From an uncultured Gammaproteobacteria bacterium (lineage in GTDB: Bacteria; Patescibacteriota; Patescibacteriia; UBA11705; JABHMO01), in assembly GCA_964565345.1 (NCBI GenBank), contig CAZMEQ010000005.1, forward strand, positions 275-64,274: a stretch of 64,000 bases of DNA. Direction: 5' to 3'. Positions 30,796 to 39,688 of the stretch are shown here, one piece after another (the stretch's first letter is position 1; each line of letters opens with the position of its first letter). The notes beneath the pieces are model-generated. The model worked only from the letters and a program-made list of their open reading frames with translations. It searched no databases and was not told where the DNA came from. The position numbers and the translations under genes are program-made.

Positions 30796-31413
30796 TCAAG
30801 CGGTCCGACTTTCGCAGTGCAGTGGCAGCAAGCGCGGTATGTTGAAATCTCCGCCATTGAAGTGCAGCCCCTGGTCGAAGAGCTGAAGTCGTTCGTCACA
30901 CCGCAACTCCACTAGAATGCGCGTTTCCAGCGCATTCTTTTCGATTACGTGAACGCGCTCTTGTCCTATCGTCTCCATCAAGGTGGAAACATGCAGTGGG
31001 TTAGGACGGCTCCACTGAAGAAGCAAGAGCTGACTACGCCTCTGCAGTTCAGTTGGAACCCGATCGGGCAGAAGAAGCAATATGCGGCGCCGGTCTTGCT
31101 GGTAGATGACCATCTGAACCAGGCGTATTGCTCCGATCTCGTTGTAAGGGACTGGTAACTGATGCGGACCGGTGTAGGTGACACGTTCTCGATTGTGCAA
31201 CGGGAAGGCCCGGCACAACTCTGCTTGGGTTGGGTAGCGTGATGCTGCACCCGTGTCGTGTGCGTACACTACCAGTAGCTTGTTCCTGGTGTCGCTTAGT
31301 CCAAAGCAGATGTAGGAACCAACAAAGCGCACCATGACCTTGCTTGTCATGAACAAGGCCCAGAACGCGCTTGAAAGTTGCACGGGTGTGGCAGCAGGAT
31401 CTGAAACGTTCAT
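30796..31413 (-). CDS. Hypothetical protein (GC islet 2)
   Basis: 205-aa ORF, AAAGGAGG-N5-ATG, own promoter and terminator; sample line 53% GC. Confidence 0.7.
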   Translation of the reverse strand: MNVSDPAATPVQLSSAFWALFMTSKVMVRFVGSYICFGLSDTRNKLLVVYAHDTGAASRYPTQAELCRAFPLHNRERVTYTGPHQLPVPYNEIGAIRLVQMVIYQQDRRRILLLLPDRVPTELQRRSQLLLLQWSRPNPLHVSTLMETIGQERVHVIEKNALETRILVELRCDERLQLFDQGLHFNGGDFNIPRLLPLHCESRTA

Positions 31414-31443
31414 GCCACCCTCCTTTCGAACAGTCCTAATTTA

Positions 31444-31472
31444 AGCATAAGGAGTAAGTGCTTTGTTGTCAA
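31444..31472 (-). promoter_or_regulatory. Sigma70 promoter of islet 2
   Basis: Minus strand TTGACA-N17-TATGCT. Confidence 0.8.
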
Positions 31473-31485
31473 AAGATTATCCACG

Positions 31486-31525
31486 AAAAAAATCTCCCCC
31501 CAAGGAACTCGGTCCTTGAGGGGAG
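31486..31525 (-). terminator. Intrinsic terminator of islet 3
   Basis: CTCCCC.CAAGGA/TCCTTG.GGGGAG 13-bp stem with T7 on the minus strand. Confidence 0.85.
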
Positions 31526-31545
31526 GGTGACGGACTAGATGGGAG

Positions 31546-33081
31546 CTACTTGCGCTTGCTCCCGGAGACCAGCAGGGCGCCGTCCTTGCCCAGGGTCTCG
31601 TCGATCTCGCCGGTGGCGGAGAGGAAGGCCTCGAGGGTCTGACCCTCGGGCGTCGCCTTGTACGCCTGCGCGGCGTCGGCCTTGGCCTGTTCGACCTGGG
31701 TGACCCAGCGGCGGGTCAGCCAGTCGTAGGCCCAGGGGGTGGTCTTCGCCTGGAAGTTGGTGCGCGCCGCGTGCATGGCCAGCACCTGGTCCACGATCGA
31801 CTCGTGCACGACCAGGTAGCGCCAGCCCACGTCGCGGAAGCTGCGGCGGATGACCATGAGGCTGAGCCTCGGGGTGGCCTTGGCGTCCTTGGCGCGGTCT
31901 CGGAGCTGCTGGACGAAGCGGAGGTGGTCGGAAACGTCCTTGGGGGGACGCACGGCCAGCTCCACGTCGTACACGCCCTTGAACCGCTTCCAGCGCGGCT
32001 CGAACTCCTTGACCTCGCCCTCGGTGGGGAGCATCAGGAGCTCGTGCGACTTGGCCTCGTCGAGGCCCGCGGTCCAGACCGGCGCCTTGAGCGGGGACGT
32101 GTAGCTGCCGAGCTGCTGCTCGGTCAGCCAGTTGTCCGCGTTGTCCAGCGCCTCGATGGCGTTGCCGACGGCCGTCTCGCGGCGGGCCTTGCGGTCCTCC
32201 GCGGCGCGGGCCGCCTTGCCTTCGTCGATCTGCCGCTTGTAGCCGGCGCAGAGCCGGTTCCAGGCGGTGCGCAGCGGCATGACCTCGACGATCACGTCGC
32301 TGTTGCCCGCGAACTTCGCCTTGGCCGCCGTGGCCGCGATGGCCAGGTGCTCCTCGCAGAAGATCCGGGCGACCGTGGTGTTCTCCTTGGTGTTGCTGAT
32401 CACGAGCACGAAGGCCGTGTCGATGACGAGGGAGCCCTTGTGTCCTCCGGCGAAGCACATCTCGCACCGGATCAACACCCCGCGGATGAACAGCGCGTTC
32501 TGGGGCACGCCGCCTTCCGGCAGCTTGTCCCAGATGTCGCGGATCTGGGCGGGGTTGGTCAGGACCAGCGGCTCGCCCTCGAGACCCAGGTCCAGGGGGA
32601 CCTGGGTACGGGGGGCCATCACGGGAGCCTTCTGGACGGTGACCTTCGCGGTCGGCTTGCGCTCTTCGCACTTGCCGCCACACTCGCTGGTGCCGCACTT
32701 GCCGGCGGCGCAGCACGGGGGCTGCTCGGCCTTGGCGCTCAGCTCGGTGCTGAGTTCCTCTACCGTGCGACCCTGCTTGGCCAGGGCGCGCGCGAGCGCG
32801 TCGCCCATGACCGTGCCAGGGAGGCGGGGGCCGGTGGCGGCGGGTGCCGCGCACTTCTTGGCCTTCTTCTCCGGGGCCGGGGCGGGCGCGGGGGTGGGCT
32901 CGGGCAGGTTGGAGATGGCGGCGTTCAGGACGATCTCGGCGATGGAGCTGTTCAGCCCCGCCGCCTTGAGCGCGTCCTTCCCTCCGTCGACGATCTTCTT
33001 GGCGTCGTCGAGACCGGCCATGGCGAGCTTCCGAATGGTCGCTTCGCCGATTCCCTTGGTGCTGCTGAGCTTGTCGAACAT
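31546..33081 (-). CDS. HhH-domain, Cys-rich hypothetical protein (GC islet 3)
   Basis: AAGGAGG-N5-ATG, G/C-ending codons in this frame, N-terminal KGIGEATIRKL HhH, Pro/Ala linker, Cys clusters. Confidence 0.82.
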   Translation of the reverse strand: MFDKLSSTKGIGEATIRKLAMAGLDDAKKIVDGGKDALKAAGLNSSIAEIVLNAAISNLPEPTPAPAPAPEKKAKKCAAPAATGPRLPGTVMGDALARALAKQGRTVEELSTELSAKAEQPPCCAAGKCGTSECGGKCEERKPTAKVTVQKAPVMAPRTQVPLDLGLEGEPLVLTNPAQIRDIWDKLPEGGVPQNALFIRGVLIRCEMCFAGGHKGSLVIDTAFVLVISNTKENTTVARIFCEEHLAIAATAAKAKFAGNSDVIVEVMPLRTAWNRLCAGYKRQIDEGKAARAAEDRKARRETAVGNAIEALDNADNWLTEQQLGSYTSPLKAPVWTAGLDEAKSHELLMLPTEGEVKEFEPRWKRFKGVYDVELAVRPPKDVSDHLRFVQQLRDRAKDAKATPRLSLMVIRRSFRDVGWRYLVVHESIVDQVLAMHAARTNFQAKTTPWAYDWLTRRWVTQVEQAKADAAQAYKATPEGQTLEAFLSATGEIDETLGKDGALLVSGSKRK

Positions 33082-33202
33082 GGAGTCCTCCTTGAGTGGG
33101 TTGACAGTTGCGAACGAGAACTTACCTGGTGTTGACTACACCTTTAGAGGGTCAATTGGCCTTAACCCCAAAAAGCTAAAGTTGACACTAAGATAACAAA
33201 AA

Positions 33203-33231
33203 ATTATAGCAAATTTACTTGGTTTTGTCAA
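33203..33231 (-). promoter_or_regulatory. Consensus sigma70 promoter of islet 3
   Basis: Minus strand TTGACA-N17-TATAAT, perfect consensus. Confidence 0.88.
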
Positions 33232-33349
33232 TATCTGACATCGATAAGTTGTATATAACCTAAATTTAGACAAAAATTGACGCTATGCAGCTCCGACATT
33301 TACTTATCAGACAAAATAGTTTATAATGACACTGAATTTCACTAAAATT

Positions 33350-34885
33350 ATGGAAAAACTTAATACTCAAAATGTACGTGTTCGTATTGCGCCTAGCCCT
33401 ACAGGTTTAGTTCATATCGGCAACCTTAGAACTATCCTTTATAACTTCCTTTTTGCCAAGCATTATAAAGGCAAATTTTTAATCCGTATCGAAGACACAG
33501 ATCAAACCCGTAAAGTTCCAGGAGCTGTGGAGAATTTACTTCGAGTTCTTGATTGGGCAGGAATTCATGGAGATGAAGGGCCGTACCTAACTAGTGATGG
33601 AAAAATTAAAGAAAACGGCGATTTTGGACCTTATACTCAATCACAGCGACTCGATATATACCAAAAATACATCAAGGATCTATTAGATAAGAATAAAGCG
33701 TATTATTGTTTTTGCAGCAAAGAACGTTTGGATAATTTGCGTGAAGAGCAAACCAAAAACAAGCAAGCTCCTAAATACGACAACTTCTGCCGTGATCTTT
33801 CAAAAGACGAAGTACAATCTTTATTAAAACAGGGGACACCTCATGTTATTCGTTTCCGTATGCCCGAAAATAAAGAAGTCTTATGCGACGATTTAATACG
33901 CGGTGAAATTGTGGTTAACACCAAAAATCTGGATGATTATGTTTTAATGAAAGCAGATGGCTTCCCAACATATCATTTTGCTAATGTTGTTGACGATCAT
34001 TTAATGAAAATCACTCATGTCTTGCGTGGAGAGGAATGGATAGCCAGCACCCCAAAACATGTTTTATTGTACGAAGCTTTTGGTTGGCAAATGCCCCAAT
34101 TTGCTCATTTGCCTCAGCTCTTGAACAAACAACGCAAAAAATTAAGCAAACGCGATGGCGATTCCAGTGTCTCTGATTTTGTCGCTTCTGGATATTTAAA
34201 AGAAGCTCTTTTAAACTTTATTGCCTTATTGGGTTGGAATGCTGGCACTGAACAAGAAATTTATAATTTCGATGAACTCATCAATCAATTCTCGCTCGAC
34301 AATGTTCATAAAGCCGGGGCCGTATTTGACGTTGATAAGCTCGACTGGATTAACGGCATGTATATCCGTGAATGTTCTGATACTAAGTTTTTAGAACTAG
34401 CTCAACCATACCTTGAAAAGGCTAACTTGCTTACTTTTCAAGACAATAAAATAATTGTAAATGGAACAGGGGAGACACTAAAACAATCAGATCTTATAAA
34501 AATCATATCCCTCGAAAAGACTCGGATAAAAAAACTAAACGAACTACCCGAGGCAATAAGTTTTTTGCTCCATGACACGCTCAATTATGAAGCTCAAAAT
34601 CTAATTTGGAAGAAATCAGACAAAGAAAGCACTAAAAACAATCTTAAATTACTTATCGAATATTTTACTGGTTTAGGAGATAAAATATCCACCGTCGAAA
34701 AGTTGGAATCAGACTTACGCGAACTCATTCAACAACACAGTCTTGATACTGGTTCTATCTTGTGGCCAATGAGGTATGCCTTATCTGGGAAGGACAAGTC
34801 ACCAGGACCATTCGAGCTAGCCTTAACTCTAGGCACGGCCAAAACAATTAAACGATTACAGGAAGCGTTGAACGCCCTAATTTAA
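33350..34885 (+). CDS. gltX: Glutamate--tRNA ligase
   Basis: RIAPSPTG, HIGN, RIEDTD, KLSKR; start set downstream of TATAAT at 33322. Confidence 0.96.
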   Translation: MEKLNTQNVRVRIAPSPTGLVHIGNLRTILYNFLFAKHYKGKFLIRIEDTDQTRKVPGAVENLLRVLDWAGIHGDEGPYLTSDGKIKENGDFGPYTQSQRLDIYQKYIKDLLDKNKAYYCFCSKERLDNLREEQTKNKQAPKYDNFCRDLSKDEVQSLLKQGTPHVIRFRMPENKEVLCDDLIRGEIVVNTKNLDDYVLMKADGFPTYHFANVVDDHLMKITHVLRGEEWIASTPKHVLLYEAFGWQMPQFAHLPQLLNKQRKKLSKRDGDSSVSDFVASGYLKEALLNFIALLGWNAGTEQEIYNFDELINQFSLDNVHKAGAVFDVDKLDWINGMYIRECSDTKFLELAQPYLEKANLLTFQDNKIIVNGTGETLKQSDLIKIISLEKTRIKKLNELPEAISFLLHDTLNYEAQNLIWKKSDKESTKNNLKLLIEYFTGLGDKISTVEKLESDLRELIQQHSLDTGSILWPMRYALSGKDKSPGPFELALTLGTAKTIKRLQEALNALI

Positions 34886-34916
34886 AACAAAATATTTTCT
34901 GTGTTACAATAGAATA

Positions 34917-36107
34917 ATGGCCAAAACAAAAACACAATTCATAATACTGACATGCTTATTTTTTTTCATTCTGCCTTTTTTTTGCTTTGCGGAAACACCA
35001 GACGAACTAACCCAACAAATTGAAGCAAAAAAAAGTGATGTAAGCGAACTCAAAAGACAACTCTCTGTATACGAAGAAAATATAAAAAAGAAACAAAAAG
35101 AAGCCGCATCATTAACAAATCAACTTTCGATATTAGACAATAAAATTGCTAAAACTAACATCGATATCAAAGCTACCCAAGAAGAAATCACAGCGACTAA
35201 ATTAGAAACACGCAAATTAGAGCTTCAAATACTTAACAATACAGACCGCATAAACAACCAAAAACTAAATCTTGGAGCAGTTCTTCAAGAAATTCACGAA
35301 AATGACAAAAAAAATGAACTCCATATTTTTTTGTTAAATAAAACTATCTCCGACTTTTACAATCAAATTGAATACACCAAAGACCTCCAAATGAGCCTAC
35401 AATCAGCTCTGGGTGATCTTAAAAACGAAAAAAAGACACTAGAAGAGAAAAAAACAGAAGTAAAAAAGAAAGAAGAAGAATTGGCCAAACTTAAAGAAAA
35501 CCTCGAACAAAAGCAAACAGAAATTACTGGAGAAATAAAATACAAAGATGATTTATTGGTCAGCACCAAGCAATCCGAAAAAAAGTTCAACGAATTATAT
35601 CAACAAGCCAAGAGGGACCAAGAAGCAGTCAGTGCCCAAATTGCTGACATGGAACGAAAACTGCGCAGTCAACTTGGTTCCAAACCACAGCAATTAACTT
35701 CATCAGATTTTGATTGGCCTGTTTCTTCCAGACGTATCACGGCAACCTTCCATGATGCGGCCTATCCATTTAAATACCTATTTGAACACCCAGCTATTGA
35801 TATCGCCTCGGCGCAAGGGACTGCTATTAAGGCTCCAGCAGATGGCTACGTACTAAATGTCCGAGATGCTGGCATGGGCTATAGCTATATTTCCTTAATT
35901 CACAGTAACGGTTTATCTACAGTCTATGGACACGTGAGCAAAATATATGTTCAGAATGACGAATTCGTGCCAAAGGGGAGTATTATCGGGGCTGTCGGTG
36001 GCATGCCAGGAACTCCCGGAGCAGGGAAATTGACTACTGGTCCTCACTTACACTTCGAAGTACGTCTGAATGGTATCCCTGTAAACCCTTTAAACTATTT
36101 GCCATAA
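34917..36107 (+). CDS. Coiled-coil M23 peptidoglycan endopeptidase
   Basis: Signal peptide, long coiled coil, HPAID, YGH, GPHLHFEV. Confidence 0.9.
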   Translation: MAKTKTQFIILTCLFFFILPFFCFAETPDELTQQIEAKKSDVSELKRQLSVYEENIKKKQKEAASLTNQLSILDNKIAKTNIDIKATQEEITATKLETRKLELQILNNTDRINNQKLNLGAVLQEIHENDKKNELHIFLLNKTISDFYNQIEYTKDLQMSLQSALGDLKNEKKTLEEKKTEVKKKEEELAKLKENLEQKQTEITGEIKYKDDLLVSTKQSEKKFNELYQQAKRDQEAVSAQIADMERKLRSQLGSKPQQLTSSDFDWPVSSRRITATFHDAAYPFKYLFEHPAIDIASAQGTAIKAPADGYVLNVRDAGMGYSYISLIHSNGLSTVYGHVSKIYVQNDEFVPKGSIIGAVGGMPGTPGAGKLTTGPHLHFEVRLNGIPVNPLNYLP

Positions 36108-36144
36108 AAAATCCCCCTACGCACAAGGCTTCTGGGGGATTTTT
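36106..36144. terminator. Bidirectional terminator
   Basis: AAAAATCCCC...GGGGATTTTT between convergent genes. Confidence 0.65.
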
Positions 36145-36192
36145 GTTTTCTTACTTATTAATATTCCAGAATAGGCGAATGTAATTGTAAAA

Positions 36193-36462
36193 CTACTTCT
36201 TCTTTTCAGGATCAACATTTTTTGTATTGAGCTTTGTATTTAACTGCCAAACTTGACTATACGTTTTATTAATCAATTTAGTTAAGCTATCCTGATTCTT
36301 TTTCATTTCTTTTTTAATTACTTGTTGTTGCCACAATATCCAAGCTGACATAAAAAGCTGACCAACAATTAAAATCGCAACAAACAAACCTACTAGTACT
36401 TTTTTTCGCTTGATCATGAAGAGGTAGGTTACCCCCATAAATTGCCAAAACTTTTTCATCAT
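36193..36462 (-). CDS. Small membrane-anchored coiled-coil protein
   Basis: 89 aa, one TM helix, directly downstream of xer. Confidence 0.6.
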   Translation of the reverse strand: MMKKFWQFMGVTYLFMIKRKKVLVGLFVAILIVGQLFMSAWILWQQQVIKKEMKKNQDSLTKLINKTYSQVWQLNTKLNTKNVDPEKKK

Positions 36463-36473
36463 AGATTTAAAAA

Positions 36474-37439
36474 TTATTTTTTATCATGCGCTCCGCTGTG
36501 ATACTTTAGATACACATCACGCAGCTTTTTATTAGTCACATGAGTATAAATTTGGGTAGTAGCAATATTCTTGTGGCCCAAAAACTCTTGAACGAGTCTT
36601 AAATCAACGCCCTGTGTTAATAAATCGGTAGCATATGAATGACGCAATGTGTGTGGCGTTGTAGTTAGTGGTAACCCGGCTATCTTAACATATTTTTTAA
36701 CAATTGTCTCGATGGACCGCACGGTTAAGCGTCGGTCGTTAGCGCTGTTTTTTCCTGGTTTAAAATTAATAAACAAAGCAGGATCTAAATCTTCTCTTTT
36801 ATCTAAATATAACTTCAACCAATGCAATGCGCGAGCTGAAAAATATACTATACGAGGATGATTCCCTTTACCTATTACATTTAATTCTAAAAAATCCATT
36901 TTATCCGTTATTTTAAAGTCGTCTCGATTTAGCTTGGCCAACTCAGCCACACGTAACCCAGTAGAAAAAAGACTCTCTAAAATAGCTCTGTCACGTAAAC
37001 CAAAAAGATATTTGGTTTGAGGCGCATCAAGAAGTTTTCGTATTTGATCCAAATTTAAGAAATGGACATTATGCTCCTTGGGACTTTTAGCTAACTTAAC
37101 TTTTTCACCAGGGAGGGAGACTATATCACGTTCAGCAAAAAAGTTAAGAAGCCCCCTTAAAGCAATTAAATAATAGTTTTGTGTAGATTTTTTTAGATTG
37201 GCCGCGTTTTTTTGTGATGTAGTTTCACGTGACAAAAAAACGCGGTAACCCCAAATAAGCTCCGGAGTTAAGTCATGGGGGAGGAGAGATTCTTGATTAG
37301 TGTTTTTTAGCCATTCCGAGAAGCGGTTTAAAAAACGCGCATAATTTTCTTGCGTTTTATTTCCCAGCCCCTTTTCAATCTCAAGATAGTCTAGGAAGTC
37401 GGGGATATGCTTAATTATAGGCTTATCCGATCTTTGCAT
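36474..37439 (-). CDS. XerC/XerD-family tyrosine recombinase
   Basis: TGLRVAEL, GKG, HTLRHSYAT, LGH, TTQIYTHV. Confidence 0.93.
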   Translation of the reverse strand: MQRSDKPIIKHIPDFLDYLEIEKGLGNKTQENYARFLNRFSEWLKNTNQESLLPHDLTPELIWGYRVFLSRETTSQKNAANLKKSTQNYYLIALRGLLNFFAERDIVSLPGEKVKLAKSPKEHNVHFLNLDQIRKLLDAPQTKYLFGLRDRAILESLFSTGLRVAELAKLNRDDFKITDKMDFLELNVIGKGNHPRIVYFSARALHWLKLYLDKREDLDPALFINFKPGKNSANDRRLTVRSIETIVKKYVKIAGLPLTTTPHTLRHSYATDLLTQGVDLRLVQEFLGHKNIATTQIYTHVTNKKLRDVYLKYHSGAHDKK

Positions 37440-37440
37440 A

Positions 37441-37468
37441 ACTTCGCATAATGTTAATTAAGAGAAGT
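37441..37468. other. dif-like 11-6-11 recombination/binding site
   Basis: ACTTCGCATAA-TGTTAA-TTAAGAGAAGT, arms 9/11 palindromic, 1 nt from the xer start codon. Confidence 0.75.
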
Positions 37469-37667
37469 ACATCCCATAGTATAAATTAGGTTTTATAAAC
37501 ATTCAAATAAATCATGTGGATATTGAACCAGCTATCGACAAAGCGTCATTGATGCCTCATTCATTGAATCATCAACTATGCTACAAGCCTCAATGATCAG
37601 CTTCCCTCAATTCAGCGTAGATGCATCACACTTGTGTCGCAAAATATTAAAAGGGAGCATGAAGCAG

Positions 37668-38489
37668 TTATTGATAGTAAACCTTATCACCAAATCTTAA
37701 GTCAATATATTTTAATTTATTAAATTCATCACGCAGATCTGGCTGTCGAGCTATAAGATCAAGACGGCCAACCTGCTCCCCCACACCTAAGTCTAAATTA
37801 AAACGAATCTCAGGCGCTGCGTCACTTTTTGCGGTTATTAAATTATCTTTGAGCTCGTAATAAAGTGGATTATACTTTTCCTTTAATAAGACCTTTGTTC
37901 TTTCGTGTAAATCAATTATAAGCATTAACTTCTCTGAATCAATTACTAATTGCGCTATTTCGACATCTTTTTGATCTAAATCACGCACAGTTAATAGACC
38001 GGCCTCTTTTTCACAATAACCGATAGCCGAGCCAGTCATATCAACATTAAAACACAGCTCCTTGGTTGTCCAATTTATAAGCGGCTGCTTTTCGATAACA
38101 TCCACCACAAGACGATTGGGAAACTTCCGCCTGACATCAAGTCTTTCAAAATAATAAAAACGAGATATTTCTTTTTTTATTGCCTCTCTGTCTATTAACC
38201 AGTAGTTTTTTCGTGAAAATATGATATATTTTCTTTTTGCGAAGTAGTTGTTTAGAATGCTTTCTATGTTTTCTTGCTTAATTTTTTTTAAACCCGTTAT
38301 TTCAAAACTATTAATACGAAAATATGGGGAATAAAATAAAAAATAGAGCAAACCCGATACGATTACCCCGCCCAAGGCAACAGAAAGCTTTAATAGCAAT
38401 AGTCTGCGTTCCTCTTTACGCTTTAATATGCGCGGATTATCAAAATTTGTATTTGAATAATCCTTTTGGTACTTAGTGCTAATGCCCAT
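37668..38489 (-). CDS. ftsQ: Cell division protein FtsQ/DivIB
   Basis: TM helix, POTRA-like region, RKFPNRL, YIDLRFG. Confidence 0.85.
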   Translation of the reverse strand: MGISTKYQKDYSNTNFDNPRILKRKEERRLLLLKLSVALGGVIVSGLLYFLFYSPYFRINSFEITGLKKIKQENIESILNNYFAKRKYIIFSRKNYWLIDREAIKKEISRFYYFERLDVRRKFPNRLVVDVIEKQPLINWTTKELCFNVDMTGSAIGYCEKEAGLLTVRDLDQKDVEIAQLVIDSEKLMLIIDLHERTKVLLKEKYNPLYYELKDNLITAKSDAAPEIRFNLDLGVGEQVGRLDLIARQPDLRDEFNKLKYIDLRFGDKVYYQ

Positions 38490-38495
38490 AAAAAT

Positions 38496-39623
38496 CTATA
38501 TCACAATTCTTTTTATTAACGGATTTATTCTTGTCACAACCTCATAATTAATCGTTTGGAGTTTAGTGGCCACAATCTCGCATGAAATTTCTTCTGCTCC
38601 TTGAACCCCAACAAGGACAACTTCATCATTTATTTTTACTTTTTTTAGATTAGTTACATCAACCATGGTCATGTTCATGCAAACTCGCCCCACGACACGG
38701 CAACGCACCCCATTCACCAAAACTTCTCCAACACTAGATAATCCACGATCAAAGCCATCATAATACCCGACCGGAATGACAGCTATTTTACTATTTCGCA
38801 TTAGTTTTTCCGTACAGCCATATCCGACATAAGCCCCTTTAGGCAGTGTTTTTATGTGAGCAATTCGTGTTTTCCAGGTAAGCGCTGGCTTTAACCCCAA
38901 CCCAATTTTTCTATTTAAAGCACTAACTTTCGTTTCTTTTGAGGGCCATAGGCCATATAAACTTAAACCAAGACGTATAACATCGTAGTGTGTTTGGTTG
39001 AACAAAATCGCAGCCGCAGAACAAGCCGTGTGTTTTTTAAATTTTGTATATTTATGTCTTCTTATTTTGTTTAAGGCTTGCTCATATAACGCTAATTGAT
39101 TTTTTGCATAAGCAAAACTTGTCGTATCCTCAATATTAGCAAAATGTGTAAAAACGCCCGATAAGACTAAATTGTTTTTTATTGTACTTAAATACTCCCC
39201 TATTTCACTTAATTTTATTCCATTACGAGCCGTGCCTGTTTCTATTTCCAAATGCAGAAAAACTTTCAATTTTAGCTTTTTTGATATTTTGGAGATAAAA
39301 TCCAAGCTTTCTTTATTAAAAACTGTAAGCTCAAAACCGGACTTAATGACCGCCTCCATATCCCCTTCTACAATGTAGCCCAAAATAACTATCGGTTTTT
39401 GGGTATATTTTCTAACTATACAAGCCTCTGAATATGAATCAACAAAAAAATAATCAGCTTCATCCTTAAGGATATTTGCAATTTCCACCAAGCCATGGCC
39501 ATAAGCATTTGATTTAATAACTGCGCCTATTTTGACGCTAGGTGGAACTATCATCCTGAACTGATGAAAATTATATAAAATTTTTCCTTGGTCAATTTCG
39601 ACCCAGGTTCTATCTTTAATCAT
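38496..39623 (-). CDS. alr: Alanine racemase
   Basis: AVIKSNAYGHG, GYYDG, GRVCMN, TINYE. Confidence 0.95.
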   Translation of the reverse strand: MIKDRTWVEIDQGKILYNFHQFRMIVPPSVKIGAVIKSNAYGHGLVEIANILKDEADYFFVDSYSEACIVRKYTQKPIVILGYIVEGDMEAVIKSGFELTVFNKESLDFISKISKKLKLKVFLHLEIETGTARNGIKLSEIGEYLSTIKNNLVLSGVFTHFANIEDTTSFAYAKNQLALYEQALNKIRRHKYTKFKKHTACSAAAILFNQTHYDVIRLGLSLYGLWPSKETKVSALNRKIGLGLKPALTWKTRIAHIKTLPKGAYVGYGCTEKLMRNSKIAVIPVGYYDGFDRGLSSVGEVLVNGVRCRVVGRVCMNMTMVDVTNLKKVKINDEVVLVGVQGAEEISCEIVATKLQTINYEVVTRINPLIKRIVI

Positions 39624-39661
39624 GAATACATTATAGCAATTTTCATCGATTTTTGAAACTC

Positions 39662-39685
39662 AAAAGCCCCTGTTTTGGGGCTTTT
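39662..39685 (-). terminator. Terminator after serS
   Basis: AAAAGCCCC-loop-GGGGCTTTT. Confidence 0.75.
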
Positions 39686-39688
39686 AGG

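Noticed and set aside
31535-33196. Long alternative ORFs 31535..32854(-), 31771..33135(+), 32267..33196(+)
   Set aside because: Shadow frames of a high-GC gene; Arg/Gly/Pro-biased translations, and no RBS, promoter or terminator fitting them
30752-33231. GC-rich blocks as contamination or misassembly
   Set aside because: Junctions fall at functional signals and overlap host stop codons; cannot be fully excluded without reads
21238-37468. Switch from mostly + to mostly - genes as the replication terminus
   Set aside because: Spot checks of G versus C show no clear skew inversion; needs a computed cumulative skew
37470-37667. Intergenic stretch with short CATTGA/TCAATG repeats as ncRNA or CRISPR
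   Set aside because: No regular repeat-spacer period and no recognisable RNA family
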